Shown: one piece after another, positions 1 to 9,429 of the stretch
How positions within the stretch are numbered: the stretch's first letter is position 1
Layout of the letters: the number at the start of each line of letters is the position of its first letter
Source: Candidatus Poribacteria bacterium
GTDB taxonomy: Bacteria; Poribacteria; WGA-4E; WGA-3G
DNA length: 64,000 nt
Direction: 5' to 3'
NCBI GenBank assembly: GCA_963665235.2
Contig: CAXXLX010000001.1
Location: 2,336,001-2,400,000, forward strand
Program-made: the position numbers and the translations under genes
The notes under the pieces: generated by a model
Told to the model about the DNA's origin: nothing
Seen by the model: only the letters and a program-made list of their open reading frames with translations
Databases searched by the model: none

Positions 1-1866
1 TGGCAACCCATCACTCATGAGCAGTACCGTATCTCCGCTTTCCAGTTGATAGGATGCTTCCTCTCGTTCTGTCCCGATAAACCCGCCCAACGGCATCCCT
101 TCAAGGAATATCTCCTCAACCTTGTCCTCATTAGCTCGATAGAGTAGGGCAGGCGGCATGCCAGCGGCTGCGACGGTGATTCGGTTGTTGTCGAAGGCGA
201 CAAGTGTCATCGCCATGTAGAGACGTTTTAGATTCATGCTCTTAACACCTTGTGAAATCCGTTCGAGTATTTCCAGGTTTCCCGCTTCTGGAGCTGCCGT
301 CTTGAAAAGACTTTTGACAGCGGAGACGACTAGTCCGGCGTTCATGCCGTGTCCGGTTGCGTCGCCGATAGCGATAGTGAGCTGCCTATCCTCGATGAGA
401 TTGTAGTCGTAATAGTCGCCGCCCACCTCTGTTGCTGGTCGCATTTCAAAGGCGATGTCGAGGTTGGGAAGTTCGGGGGAGGTTTGAGGCAGCATAGACA
501 TTTGGAGTTCACGCGCCGCTTCCAGCTCCTCGGTTTTGCGGGTATTTTCAACCTCCAGGAGCTGCCGCTCAAGCACCTCTGTTTCAAGTTTTTGATGGGT
601 TCGGGAGAAGTTACGTGCAAGATAAACTGACATGGAAAAAAGTGGGGCGAGGGTTATTGCCAGCGCACTAATTTGCCAGTTAATTTCTTGAAGTTTTGTG
701 TACGAAAGGAGAAACCCGAACATCACAGGCAGGATAAAGGGGGAGAGCGAACCGAGTCCGAAAATCCACGCGCCATCCTTTTTCTTAAAAATAGCAACGA
801 TAATCACCCGTGCCATCTCTAAAAACGTGATACCCATAAACAGACTTAGGAGCCACAACGCTACCCCGAAAAATTGAAAAATGTCGCTCCTGAGACTAAA
901 CAGACTCAAGCCGGCCAGCAGTGTCCAGCCTGTAACAAAAAACCACGCCAGCTTTGGCAGCTTCGGATAAAAGAGCGTATAGAGAAATAGCAGTGCCGAC
1001 AAAAACATCAGCACAAACGCAGCGACAAGCAACCGAAGCAGAGCTAATGTTTGGGTCAGACCAGTTGCTAGCAGGCCAAACTGAAAGACAAGAAAAACGA
1101 AGGCACCGATGCTCCCAACCGAAATCGCAAAATAGAGGTTTTCTCGTGCACGTGGATAAAAAATAAATAGCAATAGATGTTGAACCATCAAGAAAAACGA
1201 AATCGCTGTCCATACCATCTGAACAGTCGTGAAATCGCGAATCGTGTTAATACGTCCCTCGATTGCTGAATTCAGGGGAGAAAACCGAAGCAGGAAGCCG
1301 ATTACGGGCAGAAACTGCGGGGCAGAAAAGTTGGAATACCGAACTGCAATAACATGCTCCGTTTTTCCGGAGAACGAAATGACTTGCGGGTCTCGCGCCC
1401 AATACGGTTTCTCTTCCACGCGCCGCGTTCCTACGTTCCCGAATTTGTAAATTAACTCCCCATCCAGATAAATTTCGGATGCACCCACCTGATATGTGAC
1501 ATGAAGTGCCAGCGGCATATTGTGCAGCCGCTCATCAGGCACAGACAGATGGAGCCTGAACCAACCGATGCCCTCCCACCTATTTTTCCGCAATTCATTT
1601 TGAGGAAGCATTGTGCTAACGACTTTCCACGTACTATCGTCAAAAGTTGGACTCGCCCAGGCTGGCTCATCGCCCGGATGATACCGCCAATTTCCGTACA
1701 ATGCCTCGCCTGAATTTATTGCCTCTAACGTCAGTATGGGCGTACCTGATGCCTGTACGTGTATATCGATACTGGGTGCAGGGGCACTGTCTTGTGCCAA
1801 TGCTTGAGTGATGAACCCGCCCCCCACTAAAATGAGATAAGATATTAGAACGAATAGGTACTTCAT
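1..1866 (-). CDS. Membrane-bound SpoIIE/RsbU-like PP2C phosphatase with N-terminal extracellular sensor and TM helices (3' end runs off the window; not in the ORF track)
   Basis: Manual translation of both ends in one frame from ATG 1866: MKYLFVLISYLILVGGGFITQALAQ (signal-like), NWRYHPGD..W sensor domain, hydrophobic region, then PP2C motifs EVGGDYYD, IAIGDATGHG, AAAGMPP, GDTVLLMSDGLP. The central part was not checked codon by codon. Confidence 0.88.
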   Translation of the reverse strand, partial: MKYLFVLISYLILVGGGFITQALAQDSAPAPSIDIHVQASGTPILTLEAINSGEALYGNWRYHPGDEPAWASPTFDDSTWKVVSTMLPQNELRKNRWEGIGWFRLHLSVPDERLHNMPLALHVTYQVGASEIYLDGELIYKFGNVGTRRVEEKPYWARDPQVISFSGKTEHVIAVRYSNFSAPQFLPVIGFLLRFSPLNSAIEGRINTIRDFTTVQMVWTAISFFLMVQHLLLFIFYPRARENLYFAISVGSIGAFVFLVFQFGLLATGLTQTLALLRLLVAAFVLMFLSALLFLYTLFYPKLPKLAWFFVTGWTLLAGLSLFSLRSDIFQFFGVALWLLSLFMGITFLEMARVIIVAIFKKKDGAWIFGLGSLSPFILPVMFGFLLSYTKLQEINWQISALAITLAPLFSMSVYLARNFSRTHQKLETEVLERQLLEVENTRKTEELEAARELQMSMLPQTSPELPNLDIAFEMRPATEVGGDYYDYNLIEDRQLTIAIGDATGHGMNAGLVVSAVKSLFKTAAPEAGNLEILERISQGVKSMNLKRLYMAMTLVAFDNNRITVAAAGMPPALLYRANEDKVEEIFLEGMPLGGFIGTEREEASYQLESGDTVLLMSDGLP

Positions 1867-1867
1867 T

Positions 1868-2995
1868 TTAAAAATCATTCTTCAAGAAATATTCATCCTC
1901 CAACCCGTTCACAAGCGGCTTGAATACCCGCATAATACGATAGAGGTAAATCGGATTCAAAATCTCACACATACCATCAGGCCCCTCTTTGATAACGCCA
2001 TACATGAAAAGTTCGTTGATGATGTCATTATCTAGGTTGAAGTCTATGCCTTCATCACGCGTCATAATCGTCATCAGCACGTTTTCAAAGCGTGGGTCTT
2101 TGCGAATATTAGTGGTCAGATGTTGAATATTGGTATTTCGTCCGCGAAGGAGCTGCGCGTGTGCTACTGAAAAGTGCGACATTGTAATCGGTTCCGCCTT
2201 CGGAATGTCCAATTCTTCCGTGAGGATTTGTGCAAGTCGGTTGACGAGTACGGGTTGTCCACCAGTCTGTTTATGAATCGCCGCAATAACTTCGGGGGCA
2301 AAGCCTTGGCCAACTTCAGTTGTATATTGCCCGATGAGTTCTTGCACCTGCTTAAGACTGAAGTTTGGCAAATTGAATTCATCTTGAATGTTGAACGGGG
2401 AGATAGATTTTTCCTCGCTGAGTTGCGTAATACTCTTAATGCCAACGATGCCGATACTATGCGGACAGCGAACCTCATCGGACAGGTAGATGTGACGAAG
2501 TGAACCCAGAAACCCCTTGATGGCTGTCCTCGGGATACCACCAAACTCGTCAATAATGAGAACAACTCGCTGGTAGTTGTGATGTGTGAGGTGTTGCGCG
2601 AATTCTTCAAAAAACTCCCGCATTGACACATGCTCCGTTATTTCTGTGTCCGCCAAGAATTGTACTAAGGCATCGGATGGTGCTGCTTCGCGTTTCTGAA
2701 AGACCCGCTCAATTTCTTTCCGGATTTCTCTATAGAGAGAGGCGTAAAAATCGACGGCGGTGTACTCTTCGTACTCCTCAAAATTCAGTTGTATTGGGAA
2801 ATAGGTTGAATCTTGCGTAGTGAGTGCTTCAATTGCCCACCGAAAAAAGGTCGTCTTGCCGGTTTGCCGTGGCGCGAAGAGGACGATATACCGTCCCTGC
2901 TTGATACGTTCAATAAAATCAGCGATTTCTTCGGTGCGCGAGACGACATAGTGTGTGCCAGGGTAGACGCGTCCCTCTGTTCCGAAACGTTTCAT
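1868..2995 (-). CDS. AAA-like P-loop ATPase (AAA_35 type), probably C-terminally truncated
   Basis: Walker A variant APRQTGKTT, Walker B VVLIIDEF, SPFNI and TGGQPVLVN motifs. Confidence 0.85.
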   Translation of the reverse strand: MKRFGTEGRVYPGTHYVVSRTEEIADFIERIKQGRYIVLFAPRQTGKTTFFRWAIEALTTQDSTYFPIQLNFEEYEEYTAVDFYASLYREIRKEIERVFQKREAAPSDALVQFLADTEITEHVSMREFFEEFAQHLTHHNYQRVVLIIDEFGGIPRTAIKGFLGSLRHIYLSDEVRCPHSIGIVGIKSITQLSEEKSISPFNIQDEFNLPNFSLKQVQELIGQYTTEVGQGFAPEVIAAIHKQTGGQPVLVNRLAQILTEELDIPKAEPITMSHFSVAHAQLLRGRNTNIQHLTTNIRKDPRFENVLMTIMTRDEGIDFNLDNDIINELFMYGVIKEGPDGMCEILNPIYLYRIMRVFKPLVNGLEDEYFLKNDF

Positions 2996-3091
2996 GGTTT
3001 CTTCCTGCCAATCAAAAGTTCATTAATTGAGTGTATCACATCAATAGGGAAAAGTGCAAGGGCAAAGTTGGGGGTTGGGAGCAACTTACCC

Positions 3092-3817
3092 TTAAATCCT
3101 TTGGTACCCAGCTTCTACACGTATAAGTTGCATCCGTTCTACAGCCTCTGCGGCGGCGGTGGCCATTGCGTCCGCTCGGAGGCTTAATTCTTCCTCCTCC
3201 GACGAGGTGGGGATAACCGTTCCATCCGGGAGATACGCGCGTAAAAGCCTGATTTCCTCCTCCGGTTGCTCTTCCCATCGGAGCCAAACGTTCAACGCTT
3301 TGCTGAGCAAACGGCCTTGTGCATCCGGGAGCATCTCGACGATTTCTCCCGATGAGTCTCGCTTCCATCCACGAAAATCTGGCAGGAATTGCATATCCGC
3401 CTGATGTATGAAGTATTCTTGAAAGCTCATCTCAATAAGATGTTCGTATATAGTCTTTTGTATTTGCATCTCGTCTGGTGGGTCGCATGGGAAATCTACG
3501 ACCGCCATGGCAACCGAGCCGAGATGCATAGTAGCCATGATTTCTAACGGCGGTATGTTAATGCCAAAGACGGTGGTAACCTTGGGCGAAATGAAAGTCT
3601 TCATATACTCTTCAAGGTATTGGATAAGGCCTTTGTTACTGACGTAAATGTCTTCCTGGGTTTGAAAATATTGCGATAACTGATCGGAGAACGCGACGAG
3701 TTGCGTGACGTGTTTCTCTGCGCAATTGTCAATCTTGTATCCTCCGATGCGCATCACGGATTCAGCTTCTGCTGCTGGAACGATAGGCATATCCTTTTCG
3801 GGCTTGAGTTCATTCAT
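3092..3817 (-). CDS. Degenerate Uma2-like (PD-(D/E)XK fold) protein
   Basis: Layout resembles Uma2 (DIYVS..LIQY, ISP.V..VFG, QEYFI, GRLLSKALNVWLRWE), but the canonical PD..VxE..S motif is altered. Confidence 0.6.
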   Translation of the reverse strand: MNELKPEKDMPIVPAAEAESVMRIGGYKIDNCAEKHVTQLVAFSDQLSQYFQTQEDIYVSNKGLIQYLEEYMKTFISPKVTTVFGINIPPLEIMATMHLGSVAMAVVDFPCDPPDEMQIQKTIYEHLIEMSFQEYFIHQADMQFLPDFRGWKRDSSGEIVEMLPDAQGRLLSKALNVWLRWEEQPEEEIRLLRAYLPDGTVIPTSSEEEELSLRADAMATAAAEAVERMQLIRVEAGYQRI

Positions 3818-4019
3818 AATTTTCTCCTTTTACAGGTTATTGATAGGTGTCCTATTCCTTGTGAAATTATTTTAGCAAAATCGGTATTTTTTATCAAGCG
3901 TAAAATCAAAATGAGCGAGCGCGGCCCTCAACATTGCGGGAGAACTAATTCGGGAACAATTTATCAAATTGATTGATGCGCCTCCATGTGTTATAATAGA
4001 AAAAAGGAGGAAGGACAAC

Positions 4020-4928
4020 ATGGGTTGGAAAAACGCACTATCAGGCATCGTAACGCAGCCCGGGACACGTCTCCGATTTGGCGAACCGCTGGCGAAGCAC
4101 ACCCACTTCGGTATCGGGGGCAAAGCAGACGCTTACTTTGAAATCAGCACAGTAGCGGAATTGGCAGAATTAGCACGTTTCCACCAGCAGTGGCAAGTGC
4201 CAGTTGCAATTATCGGACGCGGCTCAAACCTGCTCGTAAGCGACACAGGATACAGAGGGATTGTCGTCCGACTAATCGGCGAGCTTGCAAAATTGGAGCT
4301 GGATAAAAACACTGTCTCAGTCGGAGCAGGCCTCGCGTTACCGCGCCTCTCAAAAGTGATGTCAAAAAACGGATTGAGCGGTGCCGAATTTGCACTCGGC
4401 ATACCCGGTGCAGTCGGCGGCGCGTTAATAATGAACGCTGGAGCGTGGGGAAGCAGTTTTGGAGAACTTGTCACCCGTGTCACTGTCATGGAACACACCG
4501 GCGACTTAACGGAATTAAGCCAGGCAGAAGCACAGTTTGAATACCGACACAGCGGATTAGATGCCTACTTTTGCATCATCGGCGCGACCCTCTCCCTCGA
4601 ACCGGGGGATGTCGATACAATCACAGCGCGGATGCTAGCGTTTTATAAACAGAAGGTGGCAACACAACCCTTCGCTGAAGAAAATGCTGGATGCATGTTC
4701 AAAAATCCACCCAACGACTCCGCAGGCAGACTGATTGACATAAGTGGTCTGAAGGGTTACCGTATTGGTGGGGCAGAGGTCTCTAAAATCCACGGGAATT
4801 TCATCCTGAACGTTGACAACGCAACAGCAGCGGACGTTCTCAACCTCGTAACGTATATTCAAGAGCACGTGAAGGAAAAAACGGGTATCTCACTTCAAAC
4901 AGAGGTGAAACGTCTCGGATTTGATTAG
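4020..4928 (+). CDS. murB: UDP-N-acetylenolpyruvoylglucosamine reductase
   Basis: HTHFGIGGKA, IGRGSNLLVSD, GIPGAVGGALIMNAGA, FKNP and HGNFILN motifs; AGGAGG upstream of ATG 4020. Confidence 0.96.
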   Translation: MGWKNALSGIVTQPGTRLRFGEPLAKHTHFGIGGKADAYFEISTVAELAELARFHQQWQVPVAIIGRGSNLLVSDTGYRGIVVRLIGELAKLELDKNTVSVGAGLALPRLSKVMSKNGLSGAEFALGIPGAVGGALIMNAGAWGSSFGELVTRVTVMEHTGDLTELSQAEAQFEYRHSGLDAYFCIIGATLSLEPGDVDTITARMLAFYKQKVATQPFAEENAGCMFKNPPNDSAGRLIDISGLKGYRIGGAEVSKIHGNFILNVDNATAADVLNLVTYIQEHVKEKTGISLQTEVKRLGFD

Positions 4929-4985
4929 GACTATCAGGAACAAGCGGTTCAACCCCGGAGCGTCTTTGCGAACCAACAACCAAAT

Positions 4986-5882
4986 ATGGACAATTTTATT
5001 CTCATCGCAAACCCAATTTCCGGCAAGGGCCGGGCAAAAAAAGTTGCTGAACGCGCGTATACTGTGCTGACATCGGCTGGACATCAGGGACATATTAAAT
5101 TGACAACGGGGCCCGGTGATGCAAAGCAATTCGCTTATGAAGCCGCCTCCCGCGGTGTTAAATGGGTGATTGCCAGTGGGGGGGATGGTACACTCCACGA
5201 AGTTGTCAACGGTATTGCAAACGCACCAGATGTCACCCTCGGTATACTGCCATGTGGCCGGGGTAACGACTTCGCTGCGGCTGTCGGGGTGCCACGCAAA
5301 CCGCAAGACGCTATTCAAACCCTTCTCACGGGTAGTGCTACGTCTGTTGATTTAGGGCGCGTCACTTCAGCGAAAAATGAGGTGCACTATTTCACAACTA
5401 TTGCAACGTGCGGTTATGATGCGGAGGTCAGCCGCCGAGGTGCCGAACGGACAACGCCTTTTTCGGGTACCGCCTCTTACGTTTACGCGGCTATTGCTAC
5501 ACTCTTTGAGTATCAATGTCCTTTTGCCCGACTTGAGGGAGATTTTGGGAATCCCTACGAAGGGCGGCTCCTGCTCACTGCAACAGGTATTACGAGCCGC
5601 TACGGGGGCGGATTTCGGATTGTCCCGGAAGCCCGTTACGATGATGGTCTTTTTGACATTTGCATCATTCAGCCTGTGCCCGCTTTTACAATTCTTCGCC
5701 TCCTCGTAACTTTGTTCTGGGGTGGACATGTGTCTCATCCCGCTGTGGAGATACATAGAGGACGCACTGTGTCCATTGAAACGGACCCGCCTATTCTGCT
5801 TTATGCCGATGGCGAGCCGATGTGCGAAACCCCCGCGACAATTGAGATAATCCCGCAAGGGCTCACTGTCCTTACGCCGTGA
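4986..5882 (+). CDS. Diacylglycerol/lipid kinase family protein (YegS/DagK-like)
   Basis: NPISG, GGDGTLHEVVNG, LPCGRGNDFA, YGGG, DDGLFD and DGE motifs. Confidence 0.93.
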   Translation: MDNFILIANPISGKGRAKKVAERAYTVLTSAGHQGHIKLTTGPGDAKQFAYEAASRGVKWVIASGGDGTLHEVVNGIANAPDVTLGILPCGRGNDFAAAVGVPRKPQDAIQTLLTGSATSVDLGRVTSAKNEVHYFTTIATCGYDAEVSRRGAERTTPFSGTASYVYAAIATLFEYQCPFARLEGDFGNPYEGRLLLTATGITSRYGGGFRIVPEARYDDGLFDICIIQPVPAFTILRLLVTLFWGGHVSHPAVEIHRGRTVSIETDPPILLYADGEPMCETPATIEIIPQGLTVLTP

Positions 5883-5946
5883 TATCACTCCGCATCGTTT
5901 TCAGATTGTGCCCCAGGCAATATATTGGAAAGTCAAAAAAAATCGC

Positions 5947-5975
5947 TTGACGAAAATATAGAAAACGCGTATAAT
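5947..5975 (+). promoter_or_regulatory. Sigma70-type promoter
   Basis: TTGACG-N17-TATAAT upstream of RBS AAGGAG and ATG 6013. Confidence 0.7.
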
Positions 5976-6012
5976 GCTCGGTAGATTTCACAATTTGAAA
6001 AGGAGCAGCACA

Positions 6013-7257
6013 ATGTCAAAACGGATAAAAATCGGACTTATCGGGTGCGGCATGATATCCGGTTCGCATGTCAACGGATACCTTGCACACCCGCAGCATG
6101 CCGAAATCGTTGCTGTTTGCGACACTGTCGACGCAAACGCAAAACGGAGAGCCGCAGAAGTGCTTTCTGGTGCCGAGGCACGTGCTAATACGGCTACTGC
6201 TGACGCGGAAAAAGCGGATACGGCAGAGGCACGCGAACGTTTGAATGAAAACGCCGCACGTTGGGCAGAATATAAGGATAACGGGGTCAAAATCTTCAGC
6301 GATTACAACGAGATGCTAAAAGAATGTGAGTTAGACGCAGTGAGTCTTGCCACCCCGCCTTTTGCACATGAAGGCCCTACAGTCGCAGCCGCGAACGTTG
6401 GAAAACACGTCTTCTGCGAAAAACCGATGGCCCGCACGGCCACTGAAGCGAGAAACATGCGCGACGCATGCGACGCGGCAGGTGTTAAACTCGCCTATCA
6501 GAGCGGCGGCACATGTCTCGATGCCAGGAGTTACGCCATCCGAGAGTATGTTACCACCGGAAAAATCGGCGATGTCCATTACGGAAGACTCACGAGTTAT
6601 CGCATCCGTGGCAGACCTAATGTAGATATGTTCGGTTTTGGCAAATGGTTTCTCAATTCAATGTACAGCGGCGGTGGCACCTTATACGACACAGGCGTTT
6701 ATCTTATCAATCGTTCTATCTATCTGCTCGGGTCACCGCAACCTGCTACTATTAGCGGTATCGCCTATCGCGGCATGCCACCCGAATATACTGGAGAGGA
6801 GATAAACGACGTTGAGGAATACGCCTCTGTGTTTGTCCGCTTTACCAACGGTATGTCGTTTACGTATGAAAACGGCTGGTCCTGTAATATGGCGGGGCAA
6901 CCGCAAGGTATTTTCATCTTCGGGTCCAAAGGTTCGTTCAGCAACGATAAACTCTTCCTTGAAAAGGGGGAATGGGATACGGATGACAAGGGGAATCGTC
7001 GCCGTTATCGCGAAAATCTTGTCGAAACGCCCTTGGAACTTCCGGATAGGCATTTTCCTGATAAGTTCCGCGATTTTCTCGACGCGTGCAATAGCGATGC
7101 TCAACCTGTCAGCAATGGCGATATCGGTTTAAAGGTTACAGAGATTATGAGCGGCGCGCTTCTATCGGCCAAACTCCGCCGTGAAGTCAGCATCGAGGAA
7201 CTTTATGAACTGGAAGCACTTCGAACTGAACCGACCCCGGGGTGGCCCATACCGTAG
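6013..7257 (+). CDS. Gfo/Idh/MocA family oxidoreductase
   Basis: IGLIGCG Rossmann motif, ATPP..H, HVFCEKPMA, GGGTLYDTGVY. Confidence 0.92.
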   Translation: MSKRIKIGLIGCGMISGSHVNGYLAHPQHAEIVAVCDTVDANAKRRAAEVLSGAEARANTATADAEKADTAEARERLNENAARWAEYKDNGVKIFSDYNEMLKECELDAVSLATPPFAHEGPTVAAANVGKHVFCEKPMARTATEARNMRDACDAAGVKLAYQSGGTCLDARSYAIREYVTTGKIGDVHYGRLTSYRIRGRPNVDMFGFGKWFLNSMYSGGGTLYDTGVYLINRSIYLLGSPQPATISGIAYRGMPPEYTGEEINDVEEYASVFVRFTNGMSFTYENGWSCNMAGQPQGIFIFGSKGSFSNDKLFLEKGEWDTDDKGNRRRYRENLVETPLELPDRHFPDKFRDFLDACNSDAQPVSNGDIGLKVTEIMSGALLSAKLRREVSIEELYELEALRTEPTPGWPIP

Positions 7258-7276
7258 AGCATGTTATCCTATCGTT

Positions 7277-7309
7277 TGTAGGTGCGTGCGCTTTGTAATC
7301 GCGCCTACA
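7277..7309. repeat. GTAG-type REP-like hairpin (related copy at about 52193-52220)
   Basis: TGTAGGTGCG...CGCGCCTACA imperfect palindrome; inverted relative TGTAGGCGCGGTTACAAAGCACGCCTAC near 52200. Confidence 0.6.
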
Positions 7310-7322
7310 AACCCTGTACTTA

Positions 7323-7464
7323 ACCTAAGTTGCCACCTATAAATTTTTAGACTTAGAAACGCCGCTTTTAGTCAAAAACTGCTGTTAATTGTAGCGTGAA
7401 CTTCCTAGTTCGCGCCCTTATGGCACAAACTAGGAAGTTTATGCTACTATGTGGCAACTTGCGT
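7323..7464 (+). mobile_element. MITE family A, copy 1 (142 bp, IS982-like AC ends), carrying a REP doublet
   Basis: TIRs ACCTAAGTTGCCAC / GTGGCAACTTGCGT; 7-bp TSD GTACTTA (7316-7322, 7465-7471); further copies at 19759 and 60488. Confidence 0.9.
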
Positions 7465-7560
7465 GTACTTAGCTGGCAAGCTGTCCTTCCATTCTTCCAC
7501 CCTTCCATCCTGCCTCCTATTCGTTTGACAAAAACTGGACACACCCTGCCGAAATTTAAG

Positions 7561-7589
7561 TTGACAAATATGCTTTAATCAGGTATCCT
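7561..7589 (+). promoter_or_regulatory. Sigma70-type promoter of the Mo-hydroxylase cluster
   Basis: TTGACA-N17-TATCCT; GGAGG before GTG 7641. Confidence 0.6.
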
Positions 7590-7640
7590 TAATAGTAGAA
7601 AAATAGGCGTTTAGTGATATAATGAAACGGAGGATTAAAT

Positions 7641-8489
7641 GTGAAAAGTTTTGAGTTTTTTGAACCTACGACCCTTGCGGAAGCATCCCGCCTGTTTGCT
7701 CAAGAACACGCGCAGCTCCTTGCAGGTGGAACCGACCTCATTATCGGTATGAAGGCGTACACCGAAGCACCCAATTCTGTCGTAAGTTTACAGAAAGTTC
7801 CAGGGTTGTCTGGCATCACTACCGACACGAATAATAGCATCACTATCGGTGCGATAACGACAGTGCGGGAGATTGAGCTTTCCGAGGACATTCAGCAACA
7901 CCACACAGCATTATCGGAGGGCGCGTCAGAAATCGGTTCTATCCAAATTCGCAACCTTGCAACGCTCGGTGGGAATATTGCGCATGCTTCCCCCGCTGCG
8001 GACACCGTCGCTGGTTTGCTTGTCGCTGGTGCACAGGTCGACATCGCGAGCGCGGATGGAAATCGAACGGTGCCGATTAATGAACTGTTCACTGGACCGG
8101 GCCAGACTGTCTTAAAACCGGGGGAGATTATCACACATTTTCGTCTACCGAGTCCTGCGTCTGGTTCGCACTACATCAAGCATAAGATTCGCGAGGTGAT
8201 GGATTTGGCGTTTATCGGTGTAGCGTCTGCTGTTAATCTGGACAGCGGTACAATCACCGAGGCTCGTATCGGACTTGCTGCTGTTGCCCCGACACCGATT
8301 CGCGCAACAGAAGCGGAAAATCTACTAAAAGGGCAGGAGCTTACCCCAGAACTTTTGGAACAGGTGGGCGAAGCCGCCGCCGCTGCGACTAGTCCGATAT
8401 CTGACCTGCGATGCTCCGCGGAACACCGCAGAGAAATGGTCAATGTGCTCACGAAACGCACATTACAACTAGCAGTCGCTAGGGCATAA
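7641..8489 (+). CDS. Xanthine dehydrogenase/CoxM-family FAD-binding subunit
   Basis: LLAGGTDL, IGSIQIRNLATLGGNIAHASPAAD, PISDLRCSAEHRR. Confidence 0.95.
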   Translation: MKSFEFFEPTTLAEASRLFAQEHAQLLAGGTDLIIGMKAYTEAPNSVVSLQKVPGLSGITTDTNNSITIGAITTVREIELSEDIQQHHTALSEGASEIGSIQIRNLATLGGNIAHASPAADTVAGLLVAGAQVDIASADGNRTVPINELFTGPGQTVLKPGEIITHFRLPSPASGSHYIKHKIREVMDLAFIGVASAVNLDSGTITEARIGLAAVAPTPIRATEAENLLKGQELTPELLEQVGEAAAAATSPISDLRCSAEHRREMVNVLTKRTLQLAVARA

Positions 8490-8585
8490 CGCAAAACGAT
8501 TTTCAGACTGGGGACATGCAAATCTGAATTATTTTTTGTTGATTACAAATGATGAATCATTCAATATATGTGAAGGAGAAAAAAT

Positions 8586-9065
8586 ATGGCAAAACATCCT
8601 GTCAGTTTAACGGTTAACGGGGACGAACACGATTTACTTATTGAACCGCGCAAGACCTTGCTCGCTGTGCTTCGCGATACAATCGGTTTGACAGGGACCA
8701 AAGAGGGATGTAGTACAGGGGATTGCGGTGCATGCACCGTTATCGTTGATGGCAAGGCTGTCACGTCCTGTATGGTACTTGGTGTTACTGCCGCTGGCAA
8801 AGAGATTACGACCATCGAAGGTTTAGCCAGTGACGGTGAACTCCACCCTATTCAACGTGCATTTATTAACACAGGTGGCTATCAGTGCGGGTTTTGTACC
8901 CCTGGGTTTATCATGGCATCTAAAGCACTTTTAGATGAGAATCCCGACCGCACTGATGCAGAATTCAGGCACGCCCTCGGCGGGAATATCTGTCGATGCA
9001 CTGGATACACAAAAATTCTGGAAGCTGTGCTGCAAGCCGCGGAAGAGGTCCGTTCAACCTCATAA
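8586..9065 (+). CDS. CoxS/XdhC-type 2x[2Fe-2S] subunit
   Basis: GTKEGCSTGDCGACTV, QCGFCTPG, GNICRCTGY. Confidence 0.97.
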   Translation: MAKHPVSLTVNGDEHDLLIEPRKTLLAVLRDTIGLTGTKEGCSTGDCGACTVIVDGKAVTSCMVLGVTAAGKEITTIEGLASDGELHPIQRAFINTGGYQCGFCTPGFIMASKALLDENPDRTDAEFRHALGGNICRCTGYTKILEAVLQAAEEVRSTS

Positions 9066-9157
9066 CAGGTAGGCAGCCTCGCAGCTGCCGCTATCACATT
9101 AGGAAAGTAGGGCGGACTCGCGCTCGCGACTTTCTATTTTATAAAAGGAGAAAAAAG

Positions 9158-9400
9158 ATGGCAAAAAACCATCGTGGAAAAGGCATAAAACACCTCTACG
9201 TCGATCCGAACGGTGTCGTTCACACTGGCGAATATAACAACGGCCGTGGAACATGTCCTGTTTGTGGACGTACAGGTGTGAAAGTGCTTTACGAACGAGA
9301 AGTCGGTGAGAACACTGTGAACGTCTGCAAGAGATGCAACACGGCTATCGGACGTGGGAAGCTCCACCATCTCGTTGGAAGTTCACAAAGTAGCAGTTAG
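9158..9400 (+). CDS. Small basic Zn-ribbon protein (80 aa), resembles spirochaete ribosomal protein bL38
   Basis: Strong RBS AAAGGAG; MAKNHRGKGIK...GRGTCPVCGRTGVKVLYE...VCKRC (CxxC..CxxC). The bL38 similarity is from recall. Confidence 0.6.
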   Translation: MAKNHRGKGIKHLYVDPNGVVHTGEYNNGRGTCPVCGRTGVKVLYEREVGENTVNVCKRCNTAIGRGKLHHLVGSSQSSS

Positions 9401-9429
9401 AGAAAAATCGTTAGGAAAGGAGAAATTGA

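Noticed and set aside
15-1713. Short ORFs listed in the track
   Set aside because: They are shadows of the long minus-strand PP2C gene. Other antisense or nested short ORFs over confident genes were ignored for the same reason.
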